DNA of 64,000 nucleotides from a virus, in the IMG/VR virus record IMGVR_UViG_3300036770_004428, positions 1 through 64,000 of that record. One strand, 5' to 3'. The notes beneath the pieces are model-generated. The model was not told the DNA's origin. It saw only the letters and a program-made list of their open reading frames with translations, and ran no database searches. The translations under genes and the position numbers were made by a program. How positions within the stretch are numbered: the stretch's first letter is position 1; every line of letters begins with the position of its first letter. Positions 47,701 through 55,535 of the stretch are shown piece by piece.

Positions 47701-49670
47701 TCATCATCTTCATTTAATTTTTCACAAGCTTTAATAAAATCTTCAACAAATCTAACTTCTGGCCAATCAAAAAAATCTGTGTTCTCACCAGGATAGACTT
47801 CTTTTGTTTCTTTTTTAGAATCATTCTGATTATATGTAGTAGTAGATCTATAATCTTCTTTATAATAAGTTGGCCATGGATAAATTTGTTTTAATTGATC
47901 CCCATTTCTATTTTTTAATTCTAACAACTTATCCGTACTACTACCACCATAACTATTATTTAAACTTGCTTGGTTGTCGTTGTGATGTTGTTCTGCCTCA
48001 ATACAACAATTTAATAATAATTGTACTAAAGTTTCTACGTTACAACTTAATATTGTGAAGACATTTCTTATTGTCGGTCTAAAGCCTAGTTTTTGAGTAA
48101 CCCCCTTATCAATAGCTTCTTTAACAGCATTTCTTTGTTTAGAAATTTCTTCATCTAATTTTTTTAAATCTTCTTCAATTGGGTAAATATACCAACCCAA
48201 ATCTATGTAATAATCTCCTGGTGGGTTTGGTTGTGTGCTAGCGTCTTGATCAACGTAATTTAATTCATTGTTATTGTTAGCCAAGTTTAACATCCCTTTT
48301 TGGAAGTAAACACCTGAGTTATTTAAACCATTTAAAAACTGATATTTAAAAGTTTCATCATCTTCTACAACAGTACAGTTAGTTAAACCACCACCACCAT
48401 TACTATCTACTTGTGAAAAAACAGCAACTCTACTTCCACCACATTCTGTGTCAGAAATTTTTTCATCTTTTATTGAGGCGGTTTGTCTAGCAAAAACACC
48501 TAAACCAGAATCTTCATTACCTGAAATATACCTTTCCCAATAATTTTTTAAAATACTTCTTAATTCTTCACTGGGTGGCCCATTAAAAATAAATAAATCC
48601 TTACTTTCTTGTCTATTTGGGTGGTTACCTACTTTAACGTTACTTTTTTCTACATATCCATCATCTTGTAATTCTCTGGCAAAATCTCTAATATCGTTTA
48701 ATAATTGTTGTACACCAGTTCTCACAGAAACCAAATTAGCTAAGTTTTGATAATCATCATCACCTTTAGCATAAGCTAAAAAATCCTCAACATCTTTTAT
48801 TCTTCTATGTAACTCTGATAGGGTTATACAGTTTACAGTACCACCATCTCCTTGTTCACAAAAAGGTTGTCTAACTTCAGCGTCACTTTGTAGTGTAACA
48901 TCACCACTACCAGATTCTTGGTAATAATCTGTTTCATCATATAAACCATTATCTATATAATATTTTACTGCTTCGTCATATTTGTCTCTTAAAATACCTT
49001 TTGAATTCCACCTTTGGTCCATATAAGGTGCACACCTCACAAATCCCATTAAGATATCCGCTAAAAACGCATATGACCAACCGATAAATTCACCTCTACA
49101 TTCAAAATTACCTGTCTGTGAATTAAATTTTGTGTTAAATTTAACCAAGTTTAGATAATAAGTTATTGGTTTACCATAATATCCTTTAACTGTTAATTCA
49201 AATATTGGGTATGGTAAATGGAAAAATAATGCATAAGGTGAACAAGAACCTTGTTCAAAAAGTGTTGCCCCTCTAATATCAACAAAGTCAATTACAACTT
49301 TTGGGATGTAACTACCTTTAATTTCAATATCCACATTAGTGATACCAAAACCTTCTAAGTCACCTGAAACATTTGTATCTTTAAATTGTGAACCACCAAT
49401 TTCGGTCCAATTGGTTGTTAAGAATTTTCTTTTCCCCAAACCCTCTTGTGTTGCTGAATCAGAAATAACTAAATCCACCGTACTAATATCAACCGTTTCT
49501 AGTGGCTGATAGGAATTATCCACATTTTGTGTTAAAAAAGTTCTACCCCTAGTTTTAGCAACCAAACTAGCGTAGATGTACATATCTTCATGATTTATTG
49601 TGTGTCCTGGTGGGTTTGGGTCAATAATTGTAATATTCCCGTTTTGTATAACTACTGGTTCTGTAGACAT
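41799..49670 (-). CDS. baseplate hub / tail-tip protein with phage tail lysozyme and M15 (VanY-like) peptidase domains
   Basis: QACGVVGNLIRESGL..GYGWAQWT..KYER (Phage_lysozyme2-like); SVFRTMADQ..SNHQMGVAIDF..EPWHW (M15B); YLITEVSHNI hub motif. Confidence 0.8.
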   Translation of the reverse strand: MSTEPVVIQNGNITIIDPNPPGHTINHEDMYIYASLVAKTRGRTFLTQNVDNSYQPLETVDISTVDLVISDSATQEGLGKRKFLTTNWTEIGGSQFKDTNVSGDLEGFGITNVDIEIKGSYIPKVVIDFVDIRGATLFEQGSCSPYALFFHLPYPIFELTVKGYYGKPITYYLNLVKFNTKFNSQTGNFECRGEFIGWSYAFLADILMGFVRCAPYMDQRWNSKGILRDKYDEAVKYYIDNGLYDETDYYQESGSGDVTLQSDAEVRQPFCEQGDGGTVNCITLSELHRRIKDVEDFLAYAKGDDDYQNLANLVSVRTGVQQLLNDIRDFARELQDDGYVEKSNVKVGNHPNRQESKDLFIFNGPPSEELRSILKNYWERYISGNEDSGLGVFARQTASIKDEKISDTECGGSRVAVFSQVDSNGGGGLTNCTVVEDDETFKYQFLNGLNNSGVYFQKGMLNLANNNNELNYVDQDASTQPNPPGDYYIDLGWYIYPIEEDLKKLDEEISKQRNAVKEAIDKGVTQKLGFRPTIRNVFTILSCNVETLVQLLLNCCIEAEQHHNDNQASLNNSYGGSSTDKLLELKNRNGDQLKQIYPWPTYYKEDYRSTTTYNQNDSKKETKEVYPGENTDFFDWPEVRFVEDFIKACEKLNEDDETLAEDLTGVPGFDNYIPINPLESRLTHNGTELSIKYLDLMSSDLDGKDFNSVLLQYIGERMFVTLDFTHFDPVRYNPFNIGMGFSAPQKKGFSNENNLDALESISDFNKRRLWMGGTNYYKIDSQIEDDPNTPITVLASIDAHNLLSCIDDKKIAQQINLIIKQGKLSDDIARVFKKISENRTEPNSSNRELDWFNENYDYKSQTGGYTNTTNKILENNLTDIPGWEDTYWAYHPQAGHINFLGIKSRGSLGDKDDPYGVRIYTDISQMRPEYLFQMWEEDERSGVRKMTFNDKPDGEKDRKDNLIKGLGDSYKNYLKDGAALKATNSYIFYSKNDDHKLNYFDGSNESGKGLFTTLNIGQSAFDDTQGIPTDPKFSPYYACLPLFVANTQQKYRGQNIWNISETLLSNYLAPCGGNNYFVQTQEGESAWNFTTEISSRGIFLNKTAYENQAAYKTSVSFGDASSFDKDSLDWQKLKDAGAGDDAREGWGDTITYETMIMTPLWLDNVNRFREATTHVKGSGQNLSALATGYGRPLTTTSYPLKGPVASTIDRPNDYTSEEIESRNLAYLFLASCKTTPFITAGARQNNDAGDAVFNYINEHYPKALIPFALSAGLIKVPKVWVYGIGSVLWRWKMYMGVNKDANGNIRWRHPNFEELPIGFDPLAQPGHPSQAVNSLENKNNIQFGVGICDGCGGGRRNRSTTREFTLNSESFETYENLLYKETPGRQLWTTRHDTKVNTQLSCFVASTTRWLNHNRGFYDANTADNLSTQLAPLYGTLGYNFDYWGVYNNDEILRKTRPQSWTNKGGGFIWTQLYWSFVYDDPMLTDQVNSYIYEDFLSYGLPQNKQIENASEASRYTYWPILFITPWQHFYTEAVSANGNLGYVINDVQGGTNKEGYNTQVEKTLTLIPSDMPFRDYVGNFGHLGSDNSNFAGGFSTTEKYAYRYDINNSFLNKSSLNYKKPEKEVISYTDTTKFWVYGCEINGTDVKNWFTIDGGKYSELIALLPTFVKERFVEEFEKWCDGEWKNNGLKIIDPVNFGQKEGDNLIAKSYGFSSFYKKANTDGYSIALNQLIGGDAADSTTEAGQVDNAYSGVIALDPQITEVKDFFESIFGKYYQIMVSTPKLFGLDVYPGKSTSESNNKSAFMANKVVIEKYLEAFQKEWNASYKAKEEQLSEDAKPEDDSVLDDSDTKLSLYRTFKSICDKWISSSRSNGGKNTYFFNITDSDVVGYKGSERVPLAGHFTYVNRVMGEIGNKAVLDVTKLKSMKDNPKISFYNQISDLLGENKFDFFPLPSFTNFTGDKNGDTAKVAREMFSPFTDNIVKASGPNFICMYVGGTSRMVDLKPKPNCPKDQEDMDYNDDGFPLSEEGAETPYEYQHPSGDDVLGTSEPSPNKYEYKDNSRIENQGFTAFRVAYGLENQNHFKSVELDQTEFTETNESLLVIEKLADGGNPANRTQKGNNLHNIYLTRSYTCKVGSLGNMMIQPLQYFELSNIPMFYGTYLITEVSHNIKPHHIETNFKGVRQPIATVPVVEDVAIAMSDTLKTIEAKTGRNDTLVLDTTTLDDCDVFGGGDSDISFGSSDVNQKGCAIAQGLVSDVGLTLEQACGVVGNLIRESGLRPAIVQCSSGNCPDGNITESGGWNGTEFPSTCVDPPPYKPSLCKGYGWAQWTYYNLKNDFITHAKAKGVDLTTTNATDEINFSYLKEWLKTSWNGTNIVELKKAKTVEEATVTFALKYERCDACKTGEEKNKRVNHALAVFGACKSQPVDNTQASGAGKNWKPGSNEDAKCPAGFTDAGVEDGYNNLKRYRIKLCKLNDTNLYIKASNAGKVNAVIAENTLKMLKDANAAGVPLKAGSVFRTMADQKRIGKDNGCPDNWTRSGQCKKNPTAPAGKSNHQMGVAIDFACGNTGTVCHPIKPTSAAIKSCPKSNGKKCLDWLLANANKYDFYNYEVEPWHWSINGG

Positions 49671-49671
49671 A

Positions 49672-49992
49672 TTAAATACCGTATAAATTTATATATCTTT
49701 TTATTTCCCTCTCATATTGTTGTAATGATTCATTTAAGGGAAAAGGTACATTTATGATAGCTCCGTCTGGTATGTTAAATTCTAACCCACCAAATTCGGG
49801 ATTAGCTTGCATTATTAACCAGCCAAAGTTAGGGCTATTATAATAGTCATCACTAATAATGTCAAGTCTTGTTCTACCGTTATATTTTACTTGTTGATCA
49901 GTACTTTTTCTAGGAATTCTTATGAATGGTAATATTTTAACTTTACCATTTTCTCTAAATTCTTCATACCTGTCATAATATCTTCTTGCCAT
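49672..49992 (-). CDS. baseplate LysM-like protein (gp53 / tail X-like)
   Basis: RLDIISDDYY..PNFGWLIMQANP..IPDGAIINVP. Confidence 0.75.
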   Translation of the reverse strand: MARRYYDRYEEFRENGKVKILPFIRIPRKSTDQQVKYNGRTRLDIISDDYYNSPNFGWLIMQANPEFGGLEFNIPDGAIINVPFPLNESLQQYEREIKRYINLYGI

Positions 49993-49997
49993 AAATT

Positions 49998-52900
49998 TTA
50001 ATTTTCTGTAAGTATTTTAATTAATCTATCATAACCCACTTTAGTAATTTTAATATCAATTTTTATAAAATCAGTGATACTGTCAGAACTATCTTTCTTA
50101 TTCACTTTAATACCGTATTTAATTCTTGGTAAGCTGTAAGTTTTATTAGGACTATTGTTAATTAGTTCACCTAGTTCTTCCATTGAACCGACTGAAGGAA
50201 AACCAAATCCACCAACTGTATACCCGTTTTTCCATTCTTTTAAGGTATCGTAACCAGTTAAACTTCTAAGTAAATTAAAGGCCGCTATTTGTTCACTAGC
50301 CTCCCTTGCTGGTAAATTAGAAGGGTTACCTAACTCTGATTTACAACAACTATATTCACTGGCTTTACCATCATTTCCATTATAAACATAAGCATTATTG
50401 GTACCTCCACCAACTGCTCCACCATCATCATATGTATTGGTTATGTAGTAATTATAAATTCCGTATGCCTCTGGTGTTAACATGGAATATATGTAGTGTG
50501 GTATAAAACCTAATATATTAAAACCACCCTCAAAGAATGTACCTTCTCCTGCTGTTGTATTTCTAATTGGTCCTTGGTAAGTTATTGAACCATATTCATT
50601 TGTTTGTTCACCGGAAGAACTTAAAAGTGATTTAAAGTTTGGATTTGACTCGTAGAAAGGACTTGTACCAGTCTCTTTCATTGTTTTATTTGTAGTACCA
50701 ACAACAGTTACCTCCTGTAGTTCTTTAGGTGTTTCCTCACCAGGTACAGTATTTAATGGGTTATTTTCTTCACTAGGTTGTGATACCCATGTACCATCTT
50801 CACATTTCCATACTTTATTACCGGCTTCATAATTTTGCACAATTTGAACGTTTTTACCTTCACTAGCTTCTGGTGAATTTTTAAGTGTGTCAATATCTTC
50901 TTTTGTTGCTAGACTACCCTTACCATCTGTACAAGGACAAGGGTTAGAATCCTCTATTTGTTCTGCATTGTCTTCTTCTTCAGCCGCCTTTTGTTGATCA
51001 AGTTGATCAAGAAGTGTTTGTCTAGCTTCTTGGTCGGCTTTAATTGTCTCATCAGCTATTGTTTGTGATGCCCATGGTCCATAATAGAATGTTTCTGGTA
51101 TTGTTGAGTCCTCATTGTATCCTTCGTCACTTTCAACTAAGAATCCTGTTTGTTGTCTTTTAGCTAATATTTTCTGTAATGGCATGTAAATTGCGGTATT
51201 AGCAAAGAAGTTGTAAGATACAGCATTTTGTAATTGTCTTAATGGTCCTTGTAGGGTAGAACCACCAATAAACTTAAAGTTCATATCAACATTAACTACC
51301 ATCGGTTGTACCCCAATTCCTTCAGGGTTTAAATCCCACTGAAGTGGATCAAAAGTGAAATTAATTGAGTCTATAATTATTTTGGTAAAATAAAAATCAC
51401 CTATCCTTAATATACAAACCGGTGGCCTACCAAAGGCAGTGTTTTGTGGTTGGTTTGGATCTATAAATGAAGGTCCCTGTCTACCACATTGTTGTAAGAA
51501 AGTTAACCTACTATTTAAACCTTCAGGCGTAATAGCGTGGAATGCTGGGTGGAAATTTTTTAATTTATCTGTCAAACTTTCATATAAGAAAGAATCTGTT
51601 TTTTTAATTGTTTCAAAATAATCACATTCGTTTATAAAACCTTTAGCTAATTCTAAAACCTTTTGTCTTTCAGCGTCATAAGCTGCTTGAGCTTGTTTAT
51701 TTTTTTCATCAACAATTGTTTTATTAGCCTCATTAATTCCTTGTACTCTTAGTTTTTCTAATTCAGCTAGTTTATCGTAAGCAGGTTTAACACAATTTGT
51801 GTTTGATGTTAAAAATATATCAACCCTTCTAAACATAATATGATTATTGTTTTCTGGGTCTGTAGGGTGATAATGTGCGGGAGTTAAAGTATATACCGCT
51901 GCCGCAGAAGCGTTATTACTATTGTCACCAGCATTACCATTAACATTGGAAGCCTCATCTTTACCTTTTGATTGTACCTTCCATCTTCCACAACTTTCTG
52001 TATCACCTTTTTCTGAAAACAAGTCGATTGGTTCAAAACCTTCTACTGATAATTTTGGTGCCCCCCCATTTTCTGTTTCACATCTAATTAATTCTGATTT
52101 AAGCCATTCTTTAACTGAATTCGCTCTGTCTTGACCTAAAACTTTGTTATAATTACCTCCACCAAAATTACTACAGTTACCAATGACATTAATTGTATAG
52201 TTTTTACCTAATTCTGTGGTAGCTAAAAATTCTATTAATTGACTTATACCAAATCCGGCAACACCATTAGGTTGTGCAACAAATTTATTTGGTAATTCTA
52301 TTCCCGTTAAATCCAATTTTGGTGATGCCCCTTCTCCAGATGTATTAGTTTTACCTCTTTCTTGTGGTACAGGATATGGATATGGGTTTGTACCCCAAAA
52401 CCTTTCATTAGCCCCATATCTTTTTATATAATACCCTACCTCATTAGCTTTATAAGTTGTCGAACCACTAGTGAACGTATTAGGTATTTTTGTACAACAA
52501 TAATTACCTTTTGGGTCACCACCATCTACCCATCTTTTATCAGTTGGCTTATTTACCCAAGGACCGTATTTTTTGTTACTTCCAAAACCTGAACATGGTG
52601 GTTTTGGGAAATTTGCGGGTATCACAACCAATTCACTACTTTCGGTTGTTATAAGTTCAGGAATTATTGTAGTAATATCTTTTTCATCACAAGAAAATGT
52701 GGTATTACCCGCATTTGCCCCACCTGTATAGAGTTTAGGGTTATCATAAGCCTCAAGTGTTACTTTTTCGTAATTAGTGTCAAAACATCTACCTACAAGT
52801 CCATCTGGGCAACTACTATTTGTGACTATATTTGGTTGTCCTTCATAACCATTAGTGTTAACGTCTTTTTCTAAAAAACCTTTAGACTCATCATCTCTAG

Positions 52901-55406
52901 AGTTTTTAAAGTGAAAACTTAATTTATCAACTATTTCAGGTGGTGTAGGTATAATATATTCTTTAGGTTTTTCCTCTACAGGTGTCTCTTCTAATATTGG
53001 TGGTGGAATGAAAGGTACTTCTCTTAAAATTTCTTTTATCTCATCAGTATTACATCCAGCAAAAAAAGTTTCTAAATTAGGTCTTATTGTATTTGTTGTA
53101 GTATTACCTTGTTCATCAGTAACAGTACGTTTTAACTCACCATTTCTTAATTTATTTAAAATAGAAGGGTGGTCTACTACTATTGAGAACGAAAGTGTTC
53201 CAGTTCTTTCCGTATTATTATATGTATATATTGGTTCTGCTCTACCAATAAAATTTGTTGTGTCCCAATTAACACTTGTATTATCAGTAAAATTAATATT
53301 ATATGGTGGAAACCACATTATTCTACCACCGTGTGGACCCTTTTCACACAAAGGTAACATTTTATAATGTGGTGAATCTTTCCAAGCTAAATTTTCTATA
53401 GAAAACATATATGGTATGACAAGGTTTTCGGGTATAGAACTACTGTTAAGTTCTTGTCTTTTACTCCTAACTAGTTCTTCATCGATACCATCTTTTTCGT
53501 AAGCTATTTTTACAACACCTGGGTCTTTTAATACAGAATAATTACCTAATCTTCTAGCAGGGTCATTTTCATCTGGGGTACTTTTTATTGTACCCGGTTG
53601 GTCTAGTCTCCATAAACCATCATATCTTATTAAGTTATCGTATTTATTGTAAGCATTTCTTACAGACCATGAACGACAATAAGGTTCTTTACCGTCAGCA
53701 TTTGGTTTAGTGTCTTTAACTAAATTACCCATAGACATTTCAACATGTCTTCTATCGGTACCTTTACCTTGTAACTCATAGTTTTGATCTGAGTTAGGCA
53801 TACCAATAAATCTACCAGCAGTTCCGTTAACATTTGTAGATTTGTTAATTAATTTTTGGGTATAATTTAATAAACCTCTTTTAGGTAAACCTTCTGTTCT
53901 ACCGTCCTTCCAATATAAATCTTTATTCCATACCCTAGGACCTGGTTCTGGACCATCGTTACCCAATTCTGAACCCCATTGTGTTTCAGACCCATATGTC
54001 GTTATTTGTTGTGGGTCACCATATTGACTTTTCCAATTACTAGTATGTCCACGGTCCCAACCGTCTTTATAGTTATTATATGTTGGGTCGAATTCAGCTC
54101 CATTAGGTTCAAATTCAAATCCTTGGAATTTTAATGCGTCTGTTGTTTTTAATGCTAATGAAGGGTTTTCAGACTCTTTTGGTTCCAATGGTACGTCAGG
54201 TCTAGTATTTCTAGTATCATTGTTTGTGATACCGTCTGTCGATGGTAAGTTACCCGTAATATCTTTAGCTGATTTATTAGCTGTATTATCAACACCTAAT
54301 AAATTAAGACCACTATTTTGTTGGTTTTGTGATAAAGCTTGTTGTTCAGTTAAAGGACCTATGGTGGCCGGTGTTGTACCAGCAACATCTTTTTGTGTTT
54401 GTTCTTTTACTTTTTGGATTTCACCATAAGCTAGATAACCACCTTTTTGTGTTGATTGGTTTGAATCACTAGACTTTGGTGGTTCAGAAAGTGAACTATT
54501 TTGCCCTTCTATTACTGGACCATATTTATTTACTGATAAGGCATCAAATAATAAATTTTTAGTACCTTTACCAGTTCTTTCTAATAATTTTTCTGTTATA
54601 TCTATTGTACTAACAGAGAAGGGGTCATCTAATGGGGCATCCCAATCAAAAGCTCCTTCTGGTAGTGGACCACCAAATAAAGTTGTTAGAGCTTGTGTAT
54701 TTATCCCAGCAACATCTGAAGCAAAATTAATTACATCACCTAAAACACCACCAGCAGGTTTTGTAATGGTGTAGTCCTTACCAAAAAGTGGTTGTCCTGC
54801 CAATAAACCTAATGGGTCTAGATTAATCCTACCTACAGTATTTTCTATTATACCATCTCTAAGTCTAATTTTAGCCTCTTCTAGTCTTCTTTCTTTACCT
54901 ATTTTATCTAAAGGCGAATCAAAGTCTATAAAATTGTTTGAACTAAGTCCTACAGCGTCTAGACCTTCACTTAATAATAGATTGACAACTGGGTTACCAC
55001 CTACAGAAGTAGGGTATTGTATGAATCCCGTATCTTCAACAATTAGTTCAGGGTTTTCATAATTAAAAGCTTGTAATGAAGAAGGTCCGTATTGGTTAGT
55101 TCCTACGTTTTGACTAGGGTTTTGATAACTGACCTCAAAAAGATTAACAGGGAAATTACCCTCAACTAACCACTCATCAATAGAACCCGGGTTAGTTATT
55201 GTAGTATAGTTTATATCTTTTTCTAAACCTTTTTCATTATATTTACTAGTGAAATTACCTGCTGGTCCGTTAACTAATTCGTCAGGTAAAGACTGTAAAT
55301 TTTGACCAAACAAATATGTTAAATAACTATTATCTGTAATTTCACCAAAACTATAGGTTTGAAAAAAATCTATGTTGTAGTTATTTGGGTTTATTGCTGT
55401 TGGCAT
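49998..55406 (-). CDS. large tail-tube-initiator/baseplate protein with OmpA-like domain
   Basis: FIGRAEPIYTYNNTERTGTLSF and PPVCILRIGDF..IIDSINFTFD..WD tube-initiator-like motifs; INVIG....YNKVLGQDRANSVKEWL...RRVDI OmpA-like motif. Confidence 0.7.
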   Translation of the reverse strand: MPTAINPNNYNIDFFQTYSFGEITDNSYLTYLFGQNLQSLPDELVNGPAGNFTSKYNEKGLEKDINYTTITNPGSIDEWLVEGNFPVNLFEVSYQNPSQNVGTNQYGPSSLQAFNYENPELIVEDTGFIQYPTSVGGNPVVNLLLSEGLDAVGLSSNNFIDFDSPLDKIGKERRLEEAKIRLRDGIIENTVGRINLDPLGLLAGQPLFGKDYTITKPAGGVLGDVINFASDVAGINTQALTTLFGGPLPEGAFDWDAPLDDPFSVSTIDITEKLLERTGKGTKNLLFDALSVNKYGPVIEGQNSSLSEPPKSSDSNQSTQKGGYLAYGEIQKVKEQTQKDVAGTTPATIGPLTEQQALSQNQQNSGLNLLGVDNTANKSAKDITGNLPSTDGITNNDTRNTRPDVPLEPKESENPSLALKTTDALKFQGFEFEPNGAEFDPTYNNYKDGWDRGHTSNWKSQYGDPQQITTYGSETQWGSELGNDGPEPGPRVWNKDLYWKDGRTEGLPKRGLLNYTQKLINKSTNVNGTAGRFIGMPNSDQNYELQGKGTDRRHVEMSMGNLVKDTKPNADGKEPYCRSWSVRNAYNKYDNLIRYDGLWRLDQPGTIKSTPDENDPARRLGNYSVLKDPGVVKIAYEKDGIDEELVRSKRQELNSSSIPENLVIPYMFSIENLAWKDSPHYKMLPLCEKGPHGGRIMWFPPYNINFTDNTSVNWDTTNFIGRAEPIYTYNNTERTGTLSFSIVVDHPSILNKLRNGELKRTVTDEQGNTTTNTIRPNLETFFAGCNTDEIKEILREVPFIPPPILEETPVEEKPKEYIIPTPPEIVDKLSFHFKNSRDDESKGFLEKDVNTNGYEGQPNIVTNSSCPDGLVGRCFDTNYEKVTLEAYDNPKLYTGGANAGNTTFSCDEKDITTIIPELITTESSELVVIPANFPKPPCSGFGSNKKYGPWVNKPTDKRWVDGGDPKGNYCCTKIPNTFTSGSTTYKANEVGYYIKRYGANERFWGTNPYPYPVPQERGKTNTSGEGASPKLDLTGIELPNKFVAQPNGVAGFGISQLIEFLATTELGKNYTINVIGNCSNFGGGNYNKVLGQDRANSVKEWLKSELIRCETENGGAPKLSVEGFEPIDLFSEKGDTESCGRWKVQSKGKDEASNVNGNAGDNSNNASAAAVYTLTPAHYHPTDPENNNHIMFRRVDIFLTSNTNCVKPAYDKLAELEKLRVQGINEANKTIVDEKNKQAQAAYDAERQKVLELAKGFINECDYFETIKKTDSFLYESLTDKLKNFHPAFHAITPEGLNSRLTFLQQCGRQGPSFIDPNQPQNTAFGRPPVCILRIGDFYFTKIIIDSINFTFDPLQWDLNPEGIGVQPMVVNVDMNFKFIGGSTLQGPLRQLQNAVSYNFFANTAIYMPLQKILAKRQQTGFLVESDEGYNEDSTIPETFYYGPWASQTIADETIKADQEARQTLLDQLDQQKAAEEEDNAEQIEDSNPCPCTDGKGSLATKEDIDTLKNSPEASEGKNVQIVQNYEAGNKVWKCEDGTWVSQPSEENNPLNTVPGEETPKELQEVTVVGTTNKTMKETGTSPFYESNPNFKSLLSSSGEQTNEYGSITYQGPIRNTTAGEGTFFEGGFNILGFIPHYIYSMLTPEAYGIYNYYITNTYDDGGAVGGGTNNAYVYNGNDGKASEYSCCKSELGNPSNLPAREASEQIAAFNLLRSLTGYDTLKEWKNGYTVGGFGFPSVGSMEELGELINNSPNKTYSLPRIKYGIKVNKKDSSDSITDFIKIDIKITKVGYDRLIKILTEN

Positions 55407-55425
55407 AATTTTCTAAACTTTTTAT

Positions 55426-55434
55426 AATAAATAT
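55426..55434 (-). promoter_or_regulatory. putative late promoter motif ATATTTATT
   Basis: About 20 nt upstream of ATG 55406. Confidence 0.5.
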
Positions 55435-55451
55435 TTACAAATCAAAATTTA

Positions 55452-55535
55452 CTTAATAATTTTATTGCGCGAGCTTAAGAAATAATAATTAAGATCTTAA
55501 ATAATTAAATATTAGAATTGCTTAAAAATAATTAA
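55452..55535. repeat. imperfect ~22-bp periodic repeats (CTTAA..TAATT) with palindrome TTAAGATCTTAA
   Basis: CTTAA at 55452, 55474, 55496 and 55521; 12-bp palindrome at 55489-55500. Confidence 0.45.
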
